DNA of 64,000 nucleotides from an uncultured Acidimicrobiaceae bacterium (GTDB lineage Bacteria > Actinomycetota > Acidimicrobiia > Acidimicrobiales > Aldehydirespiratoraceae), in contig CAJWHS010000003.1 of the NCBI GenBank assembly GCA_913041415.1, positions 603 through 64,602 of the forward strand. Reading direction: 5' to 3'. Below, one piece after another: positions 28,007-34,389 of the stretch. A program made the translations under genes and the position numbers. Each line of letters starts with the position of its first letter. The stretch's first letter is position 1. Under the pieces are notes generated by a model. That model was not told the origin of the DNA. It saw only the letters and a program-made list of their open reading frames with translations, and made no database searches.

Positions 28007-28769
28007 GGTCGTCACCGTGATGTTCGCTGTGATGTTCAAAGTCGCGCTGGCCGTCGACTGCGGTGACGATGCCACCGGCGATGACGGCGACGCCGACCGC
28101 AAGCACGAGGCCTGCGACTACGTTCCTATTCATCTTGGGTCGGGCCGCGTAGAGGATGCCCAGTCCGAAGATGGTGACGGCGATCACGCCGGCCCAAACG
28201 ACGGCGCCGAGCTTGGTCGCGTTCAGGAAGATCCGGCTGGCAGCGAGTGCCATGACCGCAACACCGAGAGCACCAGCAACGGGGATCTCGAAGGGCGCCA
28301 TGATGCGATCGCGCAGGGCCTTGTTGGCCTCGGCATCGCCGGTGGCGCGGTCGGCCCAGGCGTCCATGGTCCACTCGATCGCCACGAGTGAGCAGATCAC
28401 CAGGCCCAGAACGAACACAGCTGGGCCGAGCACAAGGCCGAGCACCATGGCGGCGCCACCGAAGGCGCCGACAACGGGCCAGAAGCTGCCCGAGACGGGT
28501 GTGGTTGGTGCGATGGCCTCGACGCCCATGTAGTGGGACTGAGCGGCCGGGTCGGCGTCGCGGAAGGCGACGATGATGCCGGCGAAGCAGGCAGACGCAA
28601 AGGCGCCACCGATGAGGACCAGGTAGCCGACATGGTCGCCCACGCCGCCCTTCCAGCCGAGCGTGACCGGACCGACGTGCTCACCGCCGGTCGAGTACCC
28701 GTAGGCGACCGCGCCGATGGTGAGGGCGATGGTGAGTCCGAAGAAGAACTTGAAGCCCGTGGTGAACAT
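27966..28769 (-). CDS. polytopic membrane protein, N-terminal part CtaF-like (actinobacterial oxidase subunit IV-like), His/Asp/Glu-rich tail
   Basis: ORF 27966..28931; the likely start is ATG ending at 28769 (MFTTGFKFFFG). It has about 6 hydrophobic helices. The motif SGSFWPVVGAFGG resembles PSPSFWPLVLAIGLP in the CtaD tail. The C-terminus is FEHHSEHHGDDHGEDHSEEGEASE. Confidence 0.6.
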   Translation of the reverse strand: MFTTGFKFFFGLTIALTIGAVAYGYSTGGEHVGPVTLGWKGGVGDHVGYLVLIGGAFASACFAGIIVAFRDADPAAQSHYMGVEAIAPTTPVSGSFWPVVGAFGGAAMVLGLVLGPAVFVLGLVICSLVAIEWTMDAWADRATGDAEANKALRDRIMAPFEIPVAGALGVAVMALAASRIFLNATKLGAVVWAGVIAVTIFGLGILYAARPKMNRNVVAGLVLAVGVAVIAGGIVTAVDGQRDFEHHSEHHGDDHGEDHSEEGEASE

Positions 28770-28776
28770 CTGATCC

Positions 28777-29367
28777 CTACTTGGTGACGAAGATGGCGAT
28801 CCAGGTGACCCAATACATGATGGAGACCGCATGCCAGAACATGGCAGCAGCGGCAACACCATCGTCCTGGGAAGGACCGAACTGACCGAACAGTGCCCGC
28901 ATCGTGGTGAGGGCGAGGAAGACGACGGCACCGATCAAGAAGACGATGTAGGTGCCGGTCATGACGAAGAACAGGAACTGGCCTTGGGTGCCGGCCAGCG
29001 CGAACCCGGTGTCGTTGATGATGAACCAGAGCTGGTTGAACACCGCCGCCCCGAACATGCCGGTGAGCGCAAGCGCTATGTAAGCGTTGGGACGATCGTC
29101 GTTGCGGATTGCCTGCACGGCCCACTGGACCGTGAAGGCGGCGAGCACGAGGGTCCAGAAGATCCAGCCCGACGGGCCGAGTTCGATCACGCCTTCAGGG
29201 AACCATTCCTCACCGGCATCGCGGGCGGCGGCCCGCTCACTGACATAGACGGCAAGCACGCCGAAGTAGGCCATGAGGGCCGCGCCACTGGCGAACATTG
29301 TGCCGACGAGCACCGTGCGGGGCCGGCGGATCGCGGGTGCGGCGAGCTGGGTGGTGGTGGCGGTCAT
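28777..29367 (-). CDS. cytochrome c oxidase subunit III-like paralogue
   Basis: ORF 28777..29481; the likely start is ATG ending at 29367 (MTATTTQL). It aligns by eye with ctaE (FFVMTGTYIVF vs FYTLTGFHGAHV; MFWHAVSIMYW vs LYWHFVDLVW). The start shares 1 nt with the upstream stop. Confidence 0.75.
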   Translation of the reverse strand: MTATTTQLAAPAIRRPRTVLVGTMFASGAALMAYFGVLAVYVSERAAARDAGEEWFPEGVIELGPSGWIFWTLVLAAFTVQWAVQAIRNDDRPNAYIALALTGMFGAAVFNQLWFIINDTGFALAGTQGQFLFFVMTGTYIVFLIGAVVFLALTTMRALFGQFGPSQDDGVAAAAMFWHAVSIMYWVTWIAIFVTK

Positions 29368-31001
29368 CAGGACTCCCCTCCCTCGTCGCCAGGCGTCTCG
29401 TCGAGCAGCGGCGCCTCCGAACGGACTCGGGCGGGCGGCTCGGCGAAGTTGCCGGCGGGCGGCGGCGTGGCGGTGGCCCACTCAAGGGTGTGGCCGCCCC
29501 ATGGGTCGTCGCCGGCCTCGCCTGGCTTGACGTAGGCCAGGGTGATCGCACCAAGTGCGCCGAGGACGCCGAGCAGCACGACGATCGAGCCGATCATCGA
29601 AAGGACGATCATGGCGTCGCCGAGACTGTCGTCGGCGGACGCCAACAGCACGTCAGGGGTGTCGACGAACCCGGCGATCACGTCGGTGGCACCGAGCAGG
29701 ACGCCGCCGAGCAGGAGGAGGATCATCGCGCCAAGCCCCTGGATGCCCGAGAAGAGGCGACCGTCGGTCTTCGGGGCCCAGAACCACCAGCCGCCGAGGG
29801 AGCCAAGAATGGCGGCGACAGCAACGAGGTTGAGCACGCCGGTATCGGCGGTGGTGCCGATGAGGTCGAGCGGGTCGATGACACGCAGAGCGCCAGCGGC
29901 AGTGGCGGCCAAGAAGAGCAGCATCGAGCCGAGAACGCCGATCATGTGGGCGGGCGGGATGCCGACCGGCGCTTCGCCGGAGACGAGGGTGGCGCTGTTG
30001 CCGCCAAGCGAGGCGAGCACGGGGACCATGGCGGCAACACCGAACGCGATGTACACCAGCGTGTCGCGCTCGTCGCCGAAGAACGGCTGGGACCAGCCGC
30101 CGATGGCGAGCAGGCCGGCGAGACCGAGGAGGATCATCATCGCCTCGTGGCTGACCTGGCGGCCCTTAGCGACGACCGGGATGACCGAGCCGGCGATGCC
30201 GAGGACAGGAACGGCAGCGGCGTACACCGCCGGCTGGTCAAGAATCCACGCCAGCTGTGCGTACAAGTCGAAGCTGGGATTGGGTGCGCCAACGAAGAGG
30301 CCGGCACCGCCGGAGAGGTCGATGTAGAGAACTGCGATATTGGCGATGGCGACTGGGAGGGTGAGAACCCAGACACTGCCTGCGACGAGCATCGACCAGG
30401 CGAACAACGGGACCTTGGTGAGACCCATGCCCGAGGTGCGCAGCGACACCACGGTGGTGACGATACAGATGGTGCCGAGGATGATCGACACCATCACCAT
30501 GCCGGTGCCGAGGAGGGTGAGTCGGATGGCGTCGGCTTCGTCACCGGAGACGCCGTCGAGGGCACCCCAGCCCCCGCCCGCGAGGACCGAAATGACGGTG
30601 ATCAGCGAGCCGAGCACATAGCCCCACGCCGCAGCGAGCGCCGCTCGAGGGAAGGCGATGTTGGTGCTGCCGACCTGCATCGGCGCGATGATGGTGGCGA
30701 GACCGACGAACAGCGGGATCGCGACCATCAACACGATGCCGAAGCGATACAGCGACCACATCTGGAAGTAGCTGTTCACCCCGCCGAACACGTCGATCGC
30801 ATCGGCATCAAGTCGCTCAAAAGAGACCAGGACACCGATCACGGAGAAGAAGAGGAGCGACAGGGCGCCGAAGCGCAGCCAGATTCGGCCAATCGCCTTG
30901 TGATCGCTGGTGGTCAGCCAGTCGTACAGTCCGCCGACCGCGGGAAGCGGCGCAGCACTGGACTCGGCCGCCTCCGAAGGCGGTGCCTCAGTCATCGTCA
31001 T
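29367..31001 (-). CDS. heme-copper oxidase subunit I-like paralogue lacking the canonical metal ligands
   Basis: 544 aa and hydrophobic throughout. Clear homology blocks to CtaD are DWLTTSDHKAIG, IAFPR, and C-terminal DPWGGHTLEW (vs DPWDARSLEW). The ligand motifs read QMWS, DQPAVY and WSQPFF, and there is no His in the helix-X equivalent. Confidence 0.85.
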   Translation of the reverse strand: MTMTEAPPSEAAESSAAPLPAVGGLYDWLTTSDHKAIGRIWLRFGALSLLFFSVIGVLVSFERLDADAIDVFGGVNSYFQMWSLYRFGIVLMVAIPLFVGLATIIAPMQVGSTNIAFPRAALAAAWGYVLGSLITVISVLAGGGWGALDGVSGDEADAIRLTLLGTGMVMVSIILGTICIVTTVVSLRTSGMGLTKVPLFAWSMLVAGSVWVLTLPVAIANIAVLYIDLSGGAGLFVGAPNPSFDLYAQLAWILDQPAVYAAAVPVLGIAGSVIPVVAKGRQVSHEAMMILLGLAGLLAIGGWSQPFFGDERDTLVYIAFGVAAMVPVLASLGGNSATLVSGEAPVGIPPAHMIGVLGSMLLFLAATAAGALRVIDPLDLIGTTADTGVLNLVAVAAILGSLGGWWFWAPKTDGRLFSGIQGLGAMILLLLGGVLLGATDVIAGFVDTPDVLLASADDSLGDAMIVLSMIGSIVVLLGVLGALGAITLAYVKPGEAGDDPWGGHTLEWATATPPPAGNFAEPPARVRSEAPLLDETPGDEGGES

Positions 31002-31144
31002 GGGTTCTGCAATCCTCTACGGCGCGGGCCCCTGCCCTCATCGCTGAAATGTTTTTGGTGCGCGTCCGGACAGCACGGACACGAACCCGCCAAAGCCTAC
31101 AGGTGCCCACCGCTTGGAGCGGAAACCGAGCACAAGGAAATGCG

Positions 31145-31196
31145 GCGCGATCTCGCACCGTTTTGCGCAATCTCGCCCCTTCTCGCGCAATTCGGG
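31145..31196. repeat. three direct repeats at 20-bp spacing in the ctaB / oxidase-operon intergenic region
   Basis: gcgcgatctcgc (31145), gcgcaatctcgc (31165) and gcgcaattcggg (31185). The middle copy is embedded in the 8-bp palindrome ttgcgcaa. Confidence 0.35.
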
Positions 31197-31232
31197 CCGG
31201 TTCGGGCCCGAATGAACGGCCGCAGCGCGTGC

Positions 31233-32129
31233 CTAGAGGCCGTTTCGCGCCATGACATCGATAGCCATGGCGCCAAAGAGCAGGGTCACATAGGTGATCG
31301 ACCAACCGAACAGCGCCATCGCCAGCTTCGGTCGAGGATCCCGGTACACCTTCACCGCAAGGCCGAGGAACACGGCGCCGGTCACGATCGCAACACCGAC
31401 ATAGATGGCACCCATGTCAGCGACCGGGGCAAAAGCGAGCGTGAGGCCCCAAAGCAACACTGTGTAGAGAATGATGCGGGTGGCGGTGGTCCTGAGCGAT
31501 TTCACCACCGGCAGCATCGGCACGTCCGCTGCCCGGTAATCGTCTCGGTAACGAATCGCCAAGGCCCAGAAGTGCGGTGGGGTCCAGTAAAAGATGATTG
31601 CGAAGAGCACCACCGGCGGCCAGTCAAGCGTGTTGGTGACCGCTGACCAGCCCACGAGCACGGGCACCGCCCCGGCGGCGCCACCGATGACGATGTTGGC
31701 CGTGGAGTTGCGCTTCAGCCAGAGGCTGTACACGAAGACGTAGAAGAGGGTAGCACTGACGGCGAGGCAGGCCGACAGCAGGTTGACGGTGCCCCATAAC
31801 CACAGGAAGGCAAAGATCTCGACGCCAAAGGCGAACACGATTGCTTGGCGCGGGGTGACCTCCCCGGTGACGAGCGGGCGGTCCTTGGTGCGTTCCATCA
31901 GGGCATCGATGTCGCGATCGATGTACATGTTGAAGGCGTGCGCGCCGCCGGCGGCGAGCGTGCCACCAAAAACGGTGGCGAAGATCAACCACAGCGACGG
32001 CAGCCCACCCTCGGCGACAATCATGGTCGGCACCGTCGTGACGAGCAGCAACTCGACGATCCGGAGTTTCATCAAGGCGACGAACGCAAGGACCTTCGGG
32101 CGCGTCGGCGCATGGGTGGTTGCAGTCAC
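31233..32129 (-). CDS. ctaB: protoheme IX farnesyltransferase (heme O synthase)
   Basis: 298 aa UbiA-family membrane protein with motifs N.Y.DRDID..M.RT..RP and YWTPPHFWAL. Confidence 0.95.
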   Translation of the reverse strand: MTATTHAPTRPKVLAFVALMKLRIVELLLVTTVPTMIVAEGGLPSLWLIFATVFGGTLAAGGAHAFNMYIDRDIDALMERTKDRPLVTGEVTPRQAIVFAFGVEIFAFLWLWGTVNLLSACLAVSATLFYVFVYSLWLKRNSTANIVIGGAAGAVPVLVGWSAVTNTLDWPPVVLFAIIFYWTPPHFWALAIRYRDDYRAADVPMLPVVKSLRTTATRIILYTVLLWGLTLAFAPVADMGAIYVGVAIVTGAVFLGLAVKVYRDPRPKLAMALFGWSITYVTLLFGAMAIDVMARNGL

Positions 32130-32186
32130 AATCTCAGGCTACGGCCACTAAGGCAACTCCAACCAGCTGGCCCTAACGTCTTAGGC

Positions 32187-33110
32187 ATGTTCCGTGGTGC
32201 GATTTCCCCTGAGCGCTACGTGCAGCTCGCCCGCGGCGCACTCTGGTCTCTGGCCGTCATCGTGATCACTGGGGCAGCCGTCCGGCTCACCGGTTCCGGC
32301 CTCGGCTGTTCAGACTGGCCGACATGCGAGGAGGACCAATTCGTCGCCTCACTTGAACACCACGCGCTCATCGAATTCGGGAACCGCCTCTTCACCGGGG
32401 TCGTCACGATCGCCGTGGTGCTCGCCGTCCTCGGGTCGATTCGCCGCGGTCCAAAGCGACGCGACCTGATCCGGTGGTCGTTGGGACTCGTCGTCGGCGT
32501 GATCGCCCAAATCCTGCTCGGGGCGGTGCTCGTGCTCACCCACCTCGATCCGCGTTTCACGATGGGGCACTTCATCTTGTCGATGGTGCTGCTATGGAAC
32601 GCAGCGGTGTTGATCGAGAAGGCCAAGACCGACATCGCCGACCCGGCACCGCTCTGGATGGGCGCACCATCGGGTCACGACCGCCCGATCCGCAACGCAA
32701 GCCGCACCCTCTTCGCCTTCGGCTCGATCCTGCTAGTCACCGGCACGATCGTCACCGGATCAGGCCCACACTCCGGCAGCGACGACGAACTCGTCGCCGA
32801 TCGCCTCCCGTTTCTTGTGCGAGACGTGACTCGCATCCACTCGATCACGGCGTTCACGGTGCTCGCCGTGGTGCTCGTGATCATCCGTCGTGCCCATTGC
32901 GCCGAGAAGTTCGTGTTGCGTGAGCAAGCGATGCGGCTTATGACCCTGCTGGTCGCTCAGGGTTCGGTCGGGTATTGGCAGTACTTCAGTGGCGTTCCGG
33001 CCCAACTCGTGGCGGTCCACATCACCCTCGCCTCGATCACCTGGATCCAGATCGTGCGTCTTGCGTGGCAGGCCGAACAGGTGCCGGCGCGCGATCGTGT
33101 TCTCGTATGA
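32187..33110 (+). CDS. ctaA: heme A synthase (COX15/CtaA family)
   Basis: In-frame part of ORF 31845..33110, starting at ATG 32187 ([11 protein letters not shown]). It has the motif [16 protein letters not shown] and paired His in transmembrane helices. It is divergent from ctaB. Confidence 0.9.
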   Translation: MFRGAISPERYVQLARGALWSLAVIVITGAAVRLTGSGLGCSDWPTCEEDQFVASLEHHALIEFGNRLFTGVVTIAVVLAVLGSIRRGPKRRDLIRWSLGLVVGVIAQILLGAVLVLTHLDPRFTMGHFILSMVLLWNAAVLIEKAKTDIADPAPLWMGAPSGHDRPIRNASRTLFAFGSILLVTGTIVTGSGPHSGSDDELVADRLPFLVRDVTRIHSITAFTVLAVVLVIIRRAHCAEKFVLREQAMRLMTLLVAQGSVGYWQYFSGVPAQLVAVHITLASITWIQIVRLAWQAEQVPARDRVLV

Positions 33111-33394
33111 CGGCCCCGCTCACCACACCAACCATCGACACCGAGGAACATGTGGCGTTCGATCACCCGTGGAAGGTGATCGTCTGGGATGACCCGATCA
33201 ATCTGATGTCGTATGTGGCCTTCGTATTTCGGAAGGTCTTCGGCTACTCCAAGGACCAAGCAGAGCAGTTGATGATGCAGGTGCACGTCGAGGGCCGAGC
33301 CGTCGTTTCGTCGGGAACTCGCGAGAAGGCCGAACTCGACGTCTTCCGGCTCCACGAACACGGCCTGTGGGCCACGCTCGAACAGGACCAGTGA
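33107..33394 (+). CDS. clpS: ATP-dependent Clp protease adaptor ClpS
   Basis: 95 aa from ATG 33107, which overlaps the ctaA stop as ATGA. Motifs are [19 protein letters not shown]......S...A..LM..VH..G. Confidence 0.93.
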   Translation: MTAPLTTPTIDTEEHVAFDHPWKVIVWDDPINLMSYVAFVFRKVFGYSKDQAEQLMMQVHVEGRAVVSSGTREKAELDVFRLHEHGLWATLEQDQ

Positions 33395-33882
33395 TGCCGG
33401 CCTTCTTTCGTCGTCGTTTCCGTTGGAAGAACGGTCAGGTCGTCGTCGAACTACCCGACGACGAGCAGGACATGCTTCGCCACGTGCTGCCCCAGCTGCG
33501 CGAACTGGTGATGGGCGAGACCGACCCTGCACTGCGTCGGCTGTCGCCACCGGCACGACCCGACGACGCTGACGCCGAGGCGTTCTACCGCCAGATGATC
33601 ACCGACGAGTTGCTGGCGTCGCGTCTCAAGGCGATCGAGGTCGTCGAGGAAGGCATCGGCGGCACCGTCCTCGACGACGCTGGTGTCGACTCGTGGATGC
33701 ACAGCCTCAACGCCCTCCGTCTCGTGCTCGGTGAGCGGCTCGATGTCGACGTGATCGGCCACGACCTCCTTCACGACCTGGACCCCGACGACGATCGGGT
33801 GCCGATCGTGGCACTGTACGAGTGGCTCGGCTGGCTTCTTGAACAGTTGGTCGACGCTGCGATGAACAGCTTCGACCACTGA
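33394..33882 (+). CDS. DUF2017 domain protein (commonly follows clpS in Actinobacteria)
   Basis: 162 aa from ATG 33394, which shares 1 nt with the clpS stop. It is an acidic helical protein, and the family assignment is from memory of the conserved clpS neighbour. Confidence 0.7.
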   Translation: MPAFFRRRFRWKNGQVVVELPDDEQDMLRHVLPQLRELVMGETDPALRRLSPPARPDDADAEAFYRQMITDELLASRLKAIEVVEEGIGGTVLDDAGVDSWMHSLNALRLVLGERLDVDVIGHDLLHDLDPDDDRVPIVALYEWLGWLLEQLVDAAMNSFDH

Positions 33883-34007
33883 CAAATCCGGGTTCTGTCG
33901 GCCACCAGAACCCCCCGGAACCCCGTACACTCTCTAGTCGGTTGGTTCGCCGACCATGAACCATCGGCTCCGGCCGATAGTTCTGCCCCCGGCCCACCGG
34001 GAGGTAG

Positions 34008-34080
34008 GCCCCATTCGTCCAGCGGCCTAGGACGCCGGCCTTTCACGCCGGTAACACGGGTTCGAATCCCGTATGGGGTG
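34008..34080 (+). tRNA. tRNA-Glu (anticodon TTC)
   Basis: Manually folded cloverleaf: acceptor gccccat/atggggt, D-stem gtcc/ggac, anticodon stem ccggc/gccgg with loop cTTTCAc, and T-arm acggg-ttcgaat-cccgt. Confidence 0.9.
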
Positions 34081-34153
34081 CGAGACGGTTGCAGGTTGTC
34101 ATCGCGATGAACGACCTCTACCGTTCCTATGTCGTTCGGTCCGCCGAGCGAGG

Positions 34154-34228
34154 GGTCCTGTAGATCAGTTTGGAGTGATCGCCACCCTGTCAAGGTGGAG
34201 GCCGCGGGTTCAAATCCCGTCAGGACCG
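34154..34228 (+). tRNA. tRNA-Asp (anticodon GTC)
   Basis: Manually folded: acceptor ggtcctg/caggacc, anticodon stem ccacc/ggtgg with loop ctGTCaa, and T-arm gcggg-ttcaaat-cccgt. Confidence 0.9.
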
Positions 34229-34264
34229 CACATGCGCCTTGCAGGAATGCAGAGCGCACCCAGA

Positions 34265-34340
34265 GGTCGGGTAGCTCAGTTGGCAGAGCGACCGCCTGAA
34301 AAGCGGTAGGTCACCGGATCGACGCCGGTCCCGACCACCA
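34265..34340 (+). tRNA. tRNA-Phe (anticodon GAA), CCA encoded
   Basis: Manually folded: acceptor ggtcggg/cccgacc, D-arm gctc/gagc, anticodon stem accgc/gcggt with loop ctGAAaa, T-arm accgg-atcgacg-ccggt, then ACCA. Confidence 0.88.
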
Positions 34341-34346
34341 TTCGAA

Positions 34347-34385
34347 CATCACCCCGGCCAAATCGGTCGGGGTGATGGCATTTTC
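34347..34385 (+). terminator. stem-loop terminator after the tRNA cluster
   Basis: 10-bp stem catcaccccg / cggggtgatg with an 11-nt loop, followed by gcattttcg. It lies between tRNA-Phe and the convergent fadH-like gene. Confidence 0.55.
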
Positions 34386-34389
34386 GTCC

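Noticed and set aside
29298-31646. Very long ORFs antisense to well-supported genes. Examples are 29298..31646 + (782 aa), 24725..26206 + (493 aa), 26471..27949 + (492 aa), 47471..49096 + (541 aa), 7408..8736 + (442 aa), 51411..52337 - (308 aa), 56831..58159 + (442 aa) and 9029..10237 + (402 aa).
   Set aside because: Their translations are dominated by Arg/Gly/Asp/His/Pro runs typical of non-coding frames in high-GC DNA. They carry no recognisable motifs, and each lies opposite a gene with unambiguous family signatures (ctaD, ctaC, dnaK, lysC and others). Long stop-free antisense frames are expected at this GC content.
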